DNA of 64,000 bases from an uncultured Acidobacteriota bacterium (GCA_963777605.1 CAVZRV010000015.1:96001-160000); one strand, 5' to 3'. Shown: positions 8,990 through 19,291, counted from the stretch's first letter. Translations and numbers: made by a program. Notes: generated by a model not told the origin, from the sequence alone.

Positions 8990-11278
8990 ATGAAATGCCA
9001 GCAGTCTTTCGTCCGGCGTGGATTGCAGTTCGTCGTGGCCTGGTGCGTAGGCGCAACCGCTGCGGGTGCAACGCTGATTGACCCTGCGGTCGAGAAGAAG
9101 ATCGACGGACTCCTCAATAAGATGACGCTCGAAGAGAAGATCGGGCAACTGAATCAGTACAGCAGCACCTTCGATGTCACGGGTCCGGCTCCCGAATCGG
9201 GAGCTGACCTGGAACGCTACAGCCAGATCCGCCAGGGATTGGTCGGCTCCCTGCTCAACGTGGTCGGAGCCGAGGCAACCAGAAAGGCACAGTCGCTCGC
9301 GGTTGAAAACAGTCGCCTGGGCATCCCGCTCATCTTTGGCCTCGACGTCATTCACGGCTATCGTACGATGTTCCCGATCCCACTCGGCGAAACGGCCAGT
9401 TGGGACCTGGAAGCGATCGAAAAGTCCGCCCGCATCGCGGCGACCGAAGCAGCCGCAGCCGGCATTCAATGGACCTTTGCCCCGATGGTCGATATCTGCC
9501 GCGATGGCCGCTGGGGCCGGATTATGGAGGGAGCCGGAGAGGATCCCTATTTGGGCTCACAGGTTGCAACCGCCCGGGTGCGAGGATTACAGGGTGACGA
9601 TCTTTCCGCAGTCGACACGATCGCTTCCTGCGTCAAACATTACGCCGCCTACGGATTCGCTGAGGCCGGGCGCGATTACAACACGGTGGAGATCTCGGAA
9701 AACACGCTCAGAAACATCGTCTTGCCGCCGTTCAAGGCGGCGGTCAACACCGGGGCCGTTACCGTGATGAATTCATTCAACGACCTCAACGGCACTCCGG
9801 CTACGGCCAGTTCCCAACTCCAGCGAGATATTCTCAAGGGCGACTGGGGATTCGAGGGTTTCGTGGTGTCCGACTGGGGTTCAATCGGTGAACTCATTCC
9901 CCAGGGTGTCGCCCCAAATCTCAAGGAAGCGGCCTTCCTGGCGATGACCGCGGGAAGCGACATGGACATGGAGTCCGACGCCTACCTGCAATACCTCGCC
10001 GAACTGGTTCGGGCCGGGAGGGTTGACGAATGCCTCATCGACGAAGCGGTGCGCAGGGTCCTGCGGGTGAAATTCGCCCTCGGTCTATTCGATGATCCCT
10101 ACCGCTACTGCAATCCCGACCGCGAGCGCAGCTCTATTTTGAACGACGGGCACCTGGCCGTATCCAGGGACGTGGCACGCAAGTCGATCGTGCTCCTCAA
10201 GAACGAAAAAGGGCTTCTCCCGATCTCGAAGGAGGTCCGGACTATCGCCGTCATCGGCCCGTTGGCGGACAGCAAGGACATCCCTCTGGGAAGTTGGCGG
10301 GCGCAGGCTATCGACAACTCGGCCGTCTCCCTTCTCGAAGGAATCCAGGCTGCCGTCTCTCCGGGCACCCGTGTCCTCCACGAAGTAGGGGCACCGCTGA
10401 CGGTCGGCGAGCGAAGTTTTCTGATGCCGCTGACGTTCAACACTTCCGACCGGAGTGGTTTCCCTGCCGCGATCGAGGCCGCCCGGAAAGCCGATGTGGT
10501 AGTGATGGCGGTGGGAGAAGACGCTTTTCAGACGGGAGAGGGCCGCAGCCAGGCGGATATCGGTCTGAAGGGCCTGCAAAACGAGTTGGTGCAGGCCGTG
10601 TACAAGGCAAACCCCAACGTGGTGATCGCCCTGATGAACGGCCGACCCCTGACGATCAACTGGATCGCCGAAAACGCGCCGGCTGTCGTGGAGGCCTGGC
10701 ACCTGGGGTCTCAGGCAGGTCACGCCATCGCGGACGTTCTCTTCGGTGACTACAATCCTTCGGGCAAGTTACCGGTTTCGTTTCCCCGTGCGGTGGGACA
10801 ATTGCCTCTCTACTACAATCACATGAACACCGGGCGCCCCGGTCCCCAGCCGAACGTGTTCTGGTCCCACTACACCGACGTCCCGAATACTCCCCAGTAC
10901 CCGTTCGGTTACGGATTGAGCTACACCACTTTCGGTTACTCTGAAATCCGGTTGAGCTCCACGGTCGTCCACCTGGACGGAGACCTGCAAGTCTCCGTTA
11001 CGGTGTCAAACACCGGCTCGCACCCCGGCACCGAGGTCGTCCAACTCTACGTTCAGGACCTGGTGGGGACGGTTACCCGCCCGGTGAAAGAACTCAAGGG
11101 TTTCCAGAGGGTCACCCTGAAGGCCGGAGAATCGAAAGAGATCGCGTTCCGGTTGACCCCGGACGATCTGTCGTTTTTCAACGGGGAAGGAACCTGGGCG
11201 GCCGAACCCGGCCATTTCAAGGTTTTCGTGGGAACCAACTCACGCGATGTCAAGGAAGCCGCCTTCACTTTGAGATAG
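8990..11278 (+). CDS. bglX: Periplasmic GH3 beta-glucosidase
   Basis: Motifs MTLEEKIGQL, DVIHG, RWGRIMEG.GEDP, KHYAAYG, VVSDW and NPSGKLP, plus a C-terminal Fn3-like domain with ELKGF. Confidence 0.93.
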   Translation: MKCQQSFVRRGLQFVVAWCVGATAAGATLIDPAVEKKIDGLLNKMTLEEKIGQLNQYSSTFDVTGPAPESGADLERYSQIRQGLVGSLLNVVGAEATRKAQSLAVENSRLGIPLIFGLDVIHGYRTMFPIPLGETASWDLEAIEKSARIAATEAAAAGIQWTFAPMVDICRDGRWGRIMEGAGEDPYLGSQVATARVRGLQGDDLSAVDTIASCVKHYAAYGFAEAGRDYNTVEISENTLRNIVLPPFKAAVNTGAVTVMNSFNDLNGTPATASSQLQRDILKGDWGFEGFVVSDWGSIGELIPQGVAPNLKEAAFLAMTAGSDMDMESDAYLQYLAELVRAGRVDECLIDEAVRRVLRVKFALGLFDDPYRYCNPDRERSSILNDGHLAVSRDVARKSIVLLKNEKGLLPISKEVRTIAVIGPLADSKDIPLGSWRAQAIDNSAVSLLEGIQAAVSPGTRVLHEVGAPLTVGERSFLMPLTFNTSDRSGFPAAIEAARKADVVVMAVGEDAFQTGEGRSQADIGLKGLQNELVQAVYKANPNVVIALMNGRPLTINWIAENAPAVVEAWHLGSQAGHAIADVLFGDYNPSGKLPVSFPRAVGQLPLYYNHMNTGRPGPQPNVFWSHYTDVPNTPQYPFGYGLSYTTFGYSEIRLSSTVVHLDGDLQVSVTVSNTGSHPGTEVVQLYVQDLVGTVTRPVKELKGFQRVTLKAGESKEIAFRLTPDDLSFFNGEGTWAAEPGHFKVFVGTNSRDVKEAAFTLR

Positions 11279-11288
11279 GTAGGAACGA

Positions 11289-12647
11289 ATGCTCGAGCGA
11301 CTTGCCGACTGGCACACTACGTTAAACGGATGGGTTTGGGGGCCGTACACAATGTTCCTGCTCCTCGGCACGGGAGTCTACCTCACCATTTTGACGCGCG
11401 GGATTCAGTTCCGGCGTCTCGGCCAGGCCCTCAAAGAGGTGTTCGGCCGCGGTGGGAAGCGATCGGACGAGGCTGGGACGGTTTCGTCGTTTCAGGCAGT
11501 CGCGACCGCCCTGGCATCGACGGTCGGTGTCGGCAACATCGCCGGGGTCGCCACAGCGATCACCCTGGGCGGCCCGGGAGCCCTTTTCTGGCTCATCGTC
11601 TCGGGCCTGGTCGGGATGGCGACAAAGTTCTCTGAAATCGTTCTCGCAATCGAGTATCGAGAAACTGACGACTCCGGCACGTTCCGGGGAGGCCCGATGT
11701 ACGTCTTGCGCCGCCTGGGACTCCCCTGGCTCGGCACGATTTTCGCGCTGCTTACCGCCCTGGCCGCCTTGGGAATCGGGAACATGGTCCAGGCCAACAG
11801 CGTGGCCGAGTCGCTTCGAGTCACTTTCAATCTCGACAGCCGCATCGCTGGGGTCATCATCGTCGTCCTCGTCGGAGCCGTCATCCTCGGCGGGATCCGG
11901 AGGATCGTCGAGGTCACCCAGTTGCTCGTTCCGTTCATGTGTATCAGCTACCTGGTGGGCGCCTTCGTGATTCTGGTTCGCTTTGCCGACCGGATCCCTG
12001 AGACGGTCTGGCTCGTCCTCAACTCGGCCTTCACCGGGCACGCAGCCGTGGGAGGCTTCGCGGGAGCCGCCGTCATGCAGGCAGTCCGCTTCGGGATCGC
12101 GCGGGGACTGTTCAGCAACGAAGCCGGACTCGGGAGTGCTCCGATCGTGCACGCAACGGCGAAGACCGACCATTCGGTCCGCCAGGGCTTTTACGGCCTC
12201 TTCGAAGTCTTTGTCGACACGGTGCTGGTGTGTACCACGACCGGGCTGGTTGTCCTCGTCACGGGCGAATGGCTCAACGGGGAAACCGGCGCCGCCCTGT
12301 CAGCCAGGGCTTTCGAAACGGGCCTGCCCGGGTTCTGGGGCGACGCTATCGTAACAACAGGGATCACGCTGTTCGCCTATTCCACCATCCTGGGCTGGTC
12401 GTTCTACGGCGAAACCGCCGCCAGTTATCTCTTCGGGACCCGGGTCATCTTGCCGTACCGATTGCTCTGGCTGGTTTTCGTCTACCTGGGGGCCACCGGG
12501 TCCCTTCACGTGATCTGGAGCGTTTCAGACACCATGAACGGGCTCATGGCGATTCCGAACCTGATCGCCCTCCTCCTCTCCGGCGCCGTCATTCGGGGCG
12601 CAATCAAGAGTTTCGAGGTCAAAGAAGGTGCCCGTTCAGTCGAATGA
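11289..12647 (+). CDS. Alanine/glycine:cation symporter (AGCS family)
   Basis: Motifs TVGVGNIAGVA, GGPGALFW, GGPMY, RGLFSNEAGLGSAP and NGLMAIPN. Confidence 0.93.
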   Translation: MLERLADWHTTLNGWVWGPYTMFLLLGTGVYLTILTRGIQFRRLGQALKEVFGRGGKRSDEAGTVSSFQAVATALASTVGVGNIAGVATAITLGGPGALFWLIVSGLVGMATKFSEIVLAIEYRETDDSGTFRGGPMYVLRRLGLPWLGTIFALLTALAALGIGNMVQANSVAESLRVTFNLDSRIAGVIIVVLVGAVILGGIRRIVEVTQLLVPFMCISYLVGAFVILVRFADRIPETVWLVLNSAFTGHAAVGGFAGAAVMQAVRFGIARGLFSNEAGLGSAPIVHATAKTDHSVRQGFYGLFEVFVDTVLVCTTTGLVVLVTGEWLNGETGAALSARAFETGLPGFWGDAIVTTGITLFAYSTILGWSFYGETAASYLFGTRVILPYRLLWLVFVYLGATGSLHVIWSVSDTMNGLMAIPNLIALLLSGAVIRGAIKSFEVKEGARSVE

Positions 12648-12724
12648 GTTCAGAATGGTGATCCGTCGAGCCGAACCGATTCCCTGGGCCGGCTCGGATC
12701 GGGTTTCCAGGGAGGTATTCCAGA

Positions 12725-14428
12725 ATGAAACTACGGGCAGCATTCGTTTCGTTTGCCATCACTCTCCTCGCGCTGTCAGCGTCCTGGACGGGATGTTCCT
12801 TTCAGCCCAAATACGACGTCATCCTTCGGGGAGGGACCCTTTACGACGGAACCGGACAGGATCCCGTGACCACGGACATTGCTTTCAACGGCGATAAGAT
12901 CGCCGCCATTGGCGACCTCTCGGGAGCTCGCGCCAATCAGGAAATCAATGCCACAGGACTGGCTGTCGCCCCGGGATTCATCAACATGATGTGCTGGGCC
13001 AACGAGTCTTTGATCGCGGACGGACGCTCCCAGAGTGACATTCGCCAGGGAGTCACCCTGGAAGTCATGGGTGAAGGCGATTCGATGGGGCCTCTCAACG
13101 AGCGGATGCGGGAACAGATGGTTCAGGATCAGGGCGACATCAAGTACGACGTCACCTGGACCACGCTGGACGAATACCTGAAACATCTCGAAAAGCGCGG
13201 AGTCTCCCCCAACGTGGCCTCCTTTGTCGGGGCGGCCACGCCCAGGATCTACGTTATCGGCTACGACGACAGGCCGGCAACGCCGGAAGAACTCGAACGG
13301 ATGCAGGACCTGGTGCGACAGGCCATAAAGGAAGGGGCCCTCGGGGTCGCCTCCTCGCTCGTCTACCCGCCTGGTTTCTTCGCATCTACGGAGGAACTGA
13401 TCGCCCTCGCAAAGGTGTCGGCCGAGTCAGACGGCATTTACATTTCTCACCTGCGCAGCGAGGGGGACGAACTCATCGAGGCGGCACAGGAGTTTCTCCA
13501 AATTGCCCGGGAGTCGGGAGCTCGCTCCGAGATCTATCACCTGAAGGCAGCGGGGCGGTCCAACTGGCCAAAACTGGATCAAGTGATCCAGTTGGTCGAA
13601 GCGGCCCAGGCAGAAGGCCTGAAGATCACGGCAGACGTCTACACCTATCCGGCCAGTTCTACCGGTCTTTTGTCTTCCCTGCCCCCCTGGGTCCAGGACG
13701 GCGGGTTTGAGGCTGCCGTCACCCGGCTCAAGGATCCGGCGACGAGAGCGCGGATTGCCCGCGAGATGCTGGAATCGACCACCGGATGGGAGAACATGTA
13801 CCTGCAGGCCGGCTCTCCGGAAAAAATTCTCCTGGTTGGCTTCAAGAACCCTGATCTGAAGCCTTTGACCGGGAAGACGCTCGCCGAAGTGGCAGAACTT
13901 CGCGGCAAGTCACCCGAAGAGACTGCCATGGACCTGATCGTTGAGGACGACAGCCGCATCGACACAGTCTACTTCTCCCAGTCGGAAGAGAACCTGCGCA
14001 AGAAGATCGCCCTGCCCTGGGTCGGGTTCTGTTCCGACGCTGCCTCGCTGGCCCCCGAAGGCGTTTTTCTGCAGTCGAGCACCCACCCCCGAGCCTACGG
14101 AAGCTTCGCCCGGGTTCTCGGCAAGTTCACCCGGGATGAGAAGATTTTGACGCTCGAGGATGCCGTCCGGAAACTGGCCGGCCTGCCTGCCGTGACCCTG
14201 AAATTGGATCGGAGAGGATTTCTGAGAGAGGGCTACTACGCCGACGTGGTGGTGTTCGACCCGGCGACGATCCAGGATCACGCGACCTTTGAACAACCGC
14301 ATCAGTACGCGACGGGGATGATTCATGTTTTTGTGAACGGTGTCCAGGTCCTCAATGACGGGGAGCACACCGGGGCAAAGCCGGGACGGGTCGTTCGGGG
14401 CCCCGGCTGGGCCCAACCTGCGCAGTAG
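12725..14428 (+). CDS. N-acyl-D-amino acid deacylase (amidohydrolase), probably exported or a lipoprotein
   Basis: Motifs DGTG, APGFI, QGVT, SHLRSE, IYHLK, SDA, HPRAYGSF and ADVVVFDP; signal peptide ending WTGC. Confidence 0.85.
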   Translation: MKLRAAFVSFAITLLALSASWTGCSFQPKYDVILRGGTLYDGTGQDPVTTDIAFNGDKIAAIGDLSGARANQEINATGLAVAPGFINMMCWANESLIADGRSQSDIRQGVTLEVMGEGDSMGPLNERMREQMVQDQGDIKYDVTWTTLDEYLKHLEKRGVSPNVASFVGAATPRIYVIGYDDRPATPEELERMQDLVRQAIKEGALGVASSLVYPPGFFASTEELIALAKVSAESDGIYISHLRSEGDELIEAAQEFLQIARESGARSEIYHLKAAGRSNWPKLDQVIQLVEAAQAEGLKITADVYTYPASSTGLLSSLPPWVQDGGFEAAVTRLKDPATRARIAREMLESTTGWENMYLQAGSPEKILLVGFKNPDLKPLTGKTLAEVAELRGKSPEETAMDLIVEDDSRIDTVYFSQSEENLRKKIALPWVGFCSDAASLAPEGVFLQSSTHPRAYGSFARVLGKFTRDEKILTLEDAVRKLAGLPAVTLKLDRRGFLREGYYADVVVFDPATIQDHATFEQPHQYATGMIHVFVNGVQVLNDGEHTGAKPGRVVRGPGWAQPAQ

Positions 14429-14463
14429 ACGTATTCGACACGGAAGTGGAATGAGGAGGAACG

Positions 14464-16572
14464 ATGTGGCTCAGAATTTTCATCACCTGCATGCTGGGAG
14501 TCTGCGGCTTGAGCTTTGCTGAACAGAGAACAAACCCCCTTCTCAACGAATTCGATACGCCCTTTGGAACGCCACCGTTTGATCGGATCCAAACCGGCGA
14601 TTACCTGCCCGCGTTCGATGCCGGAATCCGGGAGCAGAAGCAGGAAGTGGAATCGATCGTCAACAACGCCGGCGCAGCAACGTTTGAAAACACGATCGAA
14701 GCGCTGGAGTCGAGTGGAGCCATTCTTCGCCGGGTCAGCCAGGTTTTCTACCCGATCAACTCCGCGAACACGAGCGCGGAGATCCAGAAAGTTGCCAAAG
14801 AGGTCGCCCCCAGGCTCTCCGCTCATCAAGACAGCATCCTGCTCAACGCCAGACTTTTTCACCGAATCGAACTGCTCCACCAGAATCGCGGTGCCCTGGA
14901 CCTGGATCCCGAGCAGGCAAGACTGCTGGAAGAAACCTACAAGGACTTCGTCAGGGGTGGAGCACGGCTCGAGGAAGCGAGCAAGGAGCAGTTGCGGACG
15001 ATCAACCAGGAACTGTCCGTACTGTCGGTCCAGTTCGGGCAGAACGTCCTGAAGGAAACCAACGACTTTTCCCTGGTCCTGGATAAGGAGTCCGACCTGG
15101 CCGGATTGCCGGCCGCGGTCATTGAAGGCGCGGCGGAAGCAGCCAGGGAGAAAGGCAGGGCCGGGAAATGGGCTTTCACTCTCGACAAGCCCAGCCTGAT
15201 TCCGTTCCTCCAGTACTCCCAAAAGCGCGACCTGCGGGAGCGTCTCTTTCGGGCCTATATCAACCGGGGCGACAACCGCAACGACAGTGACAACAACAGC
15301 GTCGTCTCCAGGATTGCATCGTTGAGGGTCCAACGGGCCAATCTTCTCGGCTACCCGGATCACGCATCCTATGTTCTCGAGAACAACATGGCGAAGACGC
15401 CTGCGGCGGTCTACGAACTGCTCGACCGCCTCTGGACTCCTTCCGTTGCCAGGGCCAGGGGAGAGGCCGAAGCGATGCAGGAATTGATCCGGGAGGAGGG
15501 CAATTCGTTCGAACTGCAGCCTTGGGACTGGTGGTACTACGCTGAGAAGATCCGCAAGGAGAAGTACGACCTCGATGACGAGGAACTTCGCCCATACTTC
15601 AAACTGGAGAATGTCCGCCAGGGCGCCTTCGACGTCGCCCATCGCCTTTACGGCATTTCGTTCGAAGAGCGGACCGATCTCCCGCGTTATCACCCCGAAG
15701 TTCGGACGTTCGACGTAAAGGATGCCGATGGCTCTCAACTGGGAATCCTCTACGTCGATTACTTTCCCCGACCCAGCAAGCGGGCCGGCGCCTGGATGAA
15801 TTCATTTCGCAAGGAGTCCCGCGCGGGCGATCGGCGGATTGCTCCGATCGTCAGCAACGTCTGCAACTTTTCCAAGCCGAGCGCGGGCCGGCCGGCCCTG
15901 CTCACGCTGGAGGAGGTGTCAACCCTGTTCCACGAATTCGGGCACGCCCTCCACGGCCTCCTGTCCCAGTGCCGCTATGACAGTCTCTCCGGGACGGCCG
16001 TTCCAAGAGACTTCGTCGAACTCCCGTCACAGATCATGGAGAATTGGGCGACCCATCCAGACGTCATGAAACTCTACGCCCGGCACTTCGAGACCGGAGA
16101 CGTGATCCCCGATTCCCTGGTCGAGAAGATCCGGGCATCCCGGCAATTCAACCAGGGATTCGCGACCGTCGAATATCTGGCGGCCGCCTATCTCGACATG
16201 GACTGGCATACGCTTTCCGACCGGAAGGAACAGGATGCGCGGACGTTCGAGAAGAGGTCCCTGGAAAGGATTGGGCTGATCCCCGAGATCGTAGTCCGGT
16301 ATCGCAGCCCCTACTTCAGCCACATTTTTTCCGGGGGCTACGCAGCCGGCTACTACAGCTACATCTGGTCGGAGGTGCTGGATGCCGATGCCTTCCGGGC
16401 CTTCGAAGACACTGGCCTTTTCGACCAGGCCACGGCCCGGTCGTTCCGGGAGAACATCCTGGCCCGGGGCGGCAGCGAGGAACCTGCGGTCTTTTACCGC
16501 CGATTCCGCGGTTCCGACCCGACCATCACTCCCCTCCTCGAACGCAAGGGACTGATCGAGTCATCCCGCTGA
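14464..16572 (+). CDS. dcp: M3 family metallopeptidase (peptidyl-dipeptidase Dcp-like)
   Basis: HEFGHALH zinc motif, DFVELPSQ, KRAGAWM and GYAAGYYSY; signal peptide. Confidence 0.9.
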   Translation: MWLRIFITCMLGVCGLSFAEQRTNPLLNEFDTPFGTPPFDRIQTGDYLPAFDAGIREQKQEVESIVNNAGAATFENTIEALESSGAILRRVSQVFYPINSANTSAEIQKVAKEVAPRLSAHQDSILLNARLFHRIELLHQNRGALDLDPEQARLLEETYKDFVRGGARLEEASKEQLRTINQELSVLSVQFGQNVLKETNDFSLVLDKESDLAGLPAAVIEGAAEAAREKGRAGKWAFTLDKPSLIPFLQYSQKRDLRERLFRAYINRGDNRNDSDNNSVVSRIASLRVQRANLLGYPDHASYVLENNMAKTPAAVYELLDRLWTPSVARARGEAEAMQELIREEGNSFELQPWDWWYYAEKIRKEKYDLDDEELRPYFKLENVRQGAFDVAHRLYGISFEERTDLPRYHPEVRTFDVKDADGSQLGILYVDYFPRPSKRAGAWMNSFRKESRAGDRRIAPIVSNVCNFSKPSAGRPALLTLEEVSTLFHEFGHALHGLLSQCRYDSLSGTAVPRDFVELPSQIMENWATHPDVMKLYARHFETGDVIPDSLVEKIRASRQFNQGFATVEYLAAAYLDMDWHTLSDRKEQDARTFEKRSLERIGLIPEIVVRYRSPYFSHIFSGGYAAGYYSYIWSEVLDADAFRAFEDTGLFDQATARSFRENILARGGSEEPAVFYRRFRGSDPTITPLLERKGLIESSR

Positions 16573-16740
16573 CCTGAAACTTCATTTTGGATAAGTTGAA
16601 GAACCTGGACGAATTGGATGCGTCTGGACGGGGATTGAGGCGATCGGTGGAGAGCCAGGGACGCGATTATCGGCTGGATCCTGGTTCCTGGTCAGGAGCC
16701 AGACGTGGATGAGTGAGGATCACGGGATCGGCGCCGGGCG

Positions 16741-16940
16741 GGCCCCTGAAGGGGGCCTGTTTCCAGCCCAGGTATTTGCCTGGGTTCACGGCCCACCCAT
16801 CAAGAATCCAGCCCTGAAAGGGCGGCATACCTCGTCGGACGAGATGAATCCGGGGCGCGACCTTACAGGCTGCAGTCGAAGTGCAGGACCACAGACCAGG
16901 CAAGCCCTGGGCTGAAACCAAGGCGCCAGCGCCAGGCCCA
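16741..16940. repeat. Degenerate REP/MITE-like palindromic element
   Basis: Modules GGCCCCTGAAGGGGGCC, CCCAGG..CCTGGG, GCCCTGAAAGGGC and CCAGGCAAGCCCTGGG between convergent genes. Confidence 0.55.
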
Positions 16941-16991
16941 GTTTCACTCGTTGAATGATCCGCGTAGACCGCGGGAGTGGGTTGACCGGGA

Positions 16992-18305
16992 TCATTCCCG
17001 AGGACGGCCGAACCGTTCGTGGACCTCCCGAATGACTCGCCAGAGAAACGGCGCCGCCAGAAGGAGGAGCAGTGGCTCGACCGGAAGCCGGTACCGGGAT
17101 GCTCCCGCAAAACTGGTCACCGCCGCCAGGTACAGAATGAGCGTCACGATGAATACCTTCTCCGGCGAATAGTCCCGGACCACGAAGAGCGCATGAGCCA
17201 CCCCCGCAAGCACGACGAGGTTGAGGGCCAGAACGATCGCGAGGGCGACCAGGACTCCGATCGGAAAACGGCTCAGCCGGCGAACGATCGACTCGTCATC
17301 CCTGAACAGGATCCTCCTCATGCTTTGGGGATGAGGCAGGTTGAGGAACTCCCACCAGTCAAACCTCCCCGGATCGAGAAAGAACGCAGACACCCCGATT
17401 CCGTACCTTCGCGCCAGTCCAGGCAGCCGCCCGGGAACCTCCGAGAGAAAGTTGATGACGGTCGCCGCACTCCGCTTGCTGAGGTCCTGCGCCGGCCCAG
17501 GCTCGTTCTGGAGCCGGTCACGCGTAAGCAGGCGCAAATAGGCTGTCCCCATCGAAGAGAAGTGGTAGGAGCCGGTCAAATCGTAGTTCCGGTAACTCCA
17601 GGCTGAGATGATCAAGAATGGAATCAGAGCTGCGACCAGGAGGTGTTTTACCCGCTGCTTCCGGAACAGCCAAATGCAGAACAGAAGGTTGGGTATCCAG
17701 AAGAACATCATAACCGGCTTGCAAAGGGCAGATGCACCGATCAGGACATTCCACAGATACAAGTCCGGAATCGTCCGATGCCGCAGATACCGGACGAGGA
17801 AGAAGACTCCTGCGACGAGCAGGAACTGAAAGAGGATCTCCGACATCACAACCTGGCTGTAGATCACCTGGGCCGGAAAGTACAGATAGAGAGCGACGAC
17901 CAGAATGCCCTCTCCCCTGACCAGGCCAAGGTAGCGTGAGATCCGCCAGGTGAGCCAGGCACCGACGGCTGTCATCAGCATCTGGATCAGGACTGCGGCG
18001 ATGATACCGCCCCCGATCACTTCACTGAATGCCAGCAGGAGCGGATAGAGCGGAGGTCGGCGACTGTACAGGGCTGGGTCGATCGGTTCGGCGTCCCCCA
18101 GGTTTCCGCTGTAGAGAACGCCGTCCGACAACAAGTTCTTGGCGGCGCGCTGGTACTCCAGGCTGTCACCCATCTCACGGACCTCGGGCTTTTCCAAGGT
18201 GTACGTGAACGCAGCCAGGTACAGGATGGCGGCCGATATAAGGAGCCACCAAGGCTTGCGGAGTCTCCCATCCTCCTGATTCGCCATCAGCCTGTTCGAA
18301 TTCAC
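16992..18305 (-). CDS. GT-C fold membrane glycosyltransferase (ArnT/PMT-like)
   Basis: Multi-TM protein with GDSLEY, RPPLYPLLL, MSEILF, LCKP, WSYRNY and RYRLPVEP. Confidence 0.75.
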   Translation of the reverse strand: MNSNRLMANQEDGRLRKPWWLLISAAILYLAAFTYTLEKPEVREMGDSLEYQRAAKNLLSDGVLYSGNLGDAEPIDPALYSRRPPLYPLLLAFSEVIGGGIIAAVLIQMLMTAVGAWLTWRISRYLGLVRGEGILVVALYLYFPAQVIYSQVVMSEILFQFLLVAGVFFLVRYLRHRTIPDLYLWNVLIGASALCKPVMMFFWIPNLLFCIWLFRKQRVKHLLVAALIPFLIISAWSYRNYDLTGSYHFSSMGTAYLRLLTRDRLQNEPGPAQDLSKRSAATVINFLSEVPGRLPGLARRYGIGVSAFFLDPGRFDWWEFLNLPHPQSMRRILFRDDESIVRRLSRFPIGVLVALAIVLALNLVVLAGVAHALFVVRDYSPEKVFIVTLILYLAAVTSFAGASRYRLPVEPLLLLLAAPFLWRVIREVHERFGRPRE

Positions 18306-18343
18306 TGCGCGCCGCTCTGACTACTTCCGTAACCGGCGCCAGG

Positions 18344-19291
18344 TCATTCGGCCGGAGTCAACACAACATTCCGATAGGAAACCGGGCCATGATCGCCCTG
18401 CAACATGATGGGGCCGGGCGCGGACTCGTTGGCATCCAGAGCGCCGCCAGTGATCCCGGGCAGCAGTTTTCCATCCACCGATTTCTTGCCGTTTACGACG
18501 AGGGTGACCCGATAGCCGACCAGGGTCACATCGACCGTGTTCCATTCTCCAGCAGGGATGGCCGGGTTGACCGTGGGAGTGATCTGCCCGTAGATTCCGC
18601 CGACACAACGCGGGAAGGGCTCTTTACCGTAATCGTCCGCCACCTGGGTTTCATAACGTCCACGGAGATAGATTCCGCTGTTGCTTCCCTTCGGGATCTT
18701 CCACTCAACGTGCAGCTTGAAATCCCGAAACGTCTTGACCGTGCGGATGTTGGCTCCGGAACCCAGGTTCTCGAGAATCCCGTTGACCGCCTTCCACTGG
18801 CTCTCGCGGTTGCCAATTGTCTCCCAGCCGTTGAGGTCTTTGCCGTCGAACAGCTTGATCGGTTCTCCCCATTTCACGTTCCGGTTTGACCCTTCCATCC
18901 GGTCCGGTGCCCGATCGCCGGTCCAGGTAAACTCATTGCCCCGGAAATCCGTTCCGGTCCCCGTCAATTTCCCGTTCTCGAGCTTGCCGGTCAGGGTTGG
19001 AAACTTGGTGTCCGGCCGGGTTGGCGTGTCCGATTCGGGGAGCATCTGGACCTTGAGAGAGTTACCGTCAATCTCTACCTGTGCAGGCATGGGGTGCCCG
19101 CCGCGGTGAAGGTAGAAGCCGGTCCAGCCTGACCCCTTCGGCTCGATCTTGAGCCAGGACGCGTACGAGCGCGACCCGGCGACCTCGGTCAGGTTCCAGG
19201 TTCCCTCCAACTTGGACTGCCAGGAAAAGACCGTCAGAGAGAGACAACCAACAAGGAAAAGGGCAAGAGCGGACGTTCTCAGTAATCGCAT
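18344..19291 (-). CDS. DUF1080 (3-keto-glycoside hydrolase-like) secreted protein
   Basis: Motifs LFDGKDLNGW, DFKLHVEW, NSGIYLRG, GEWN and LQGDHGPV.YRN; GGAGG before ATG 19291. Confidence 0.88.
   Translation of the reverse strand: MRLLRTSALALFLVGCLSLTVFSWQSKLEGTWNLTEVAGSRSYASWLKIEPKGSGWTGFYLHRGGHPMPAQVEIDGNSLKVQMLPESDTPTRPDTKFPTLTGKLENGKLTGTGTDFRGNEFTWTGDRAPDRMEGSNRNVKWGEPIKLFDGKDLNGWETIGNRESQWKAVNGILENLGSGANIRTVKTFRDFKLHVEWKIPKGSNSGIYLRGRYETQVADDYGKEPFPRCVGGIYGQITPTVNPAIPAGEWNTVDVTLVGYRVTLVVNGKKSVDGKLLPGITGGALDANESAPGPIMLQGDHGPVSYRNVVLTPAE

Noticed and set aside
16667-17110. Short ORFs in the dcp-glycosyltransferase gap (PFRA/ALKGR-containing peptides)
   Set aside because: They are translations of the palindromic repeat element rather than genes.
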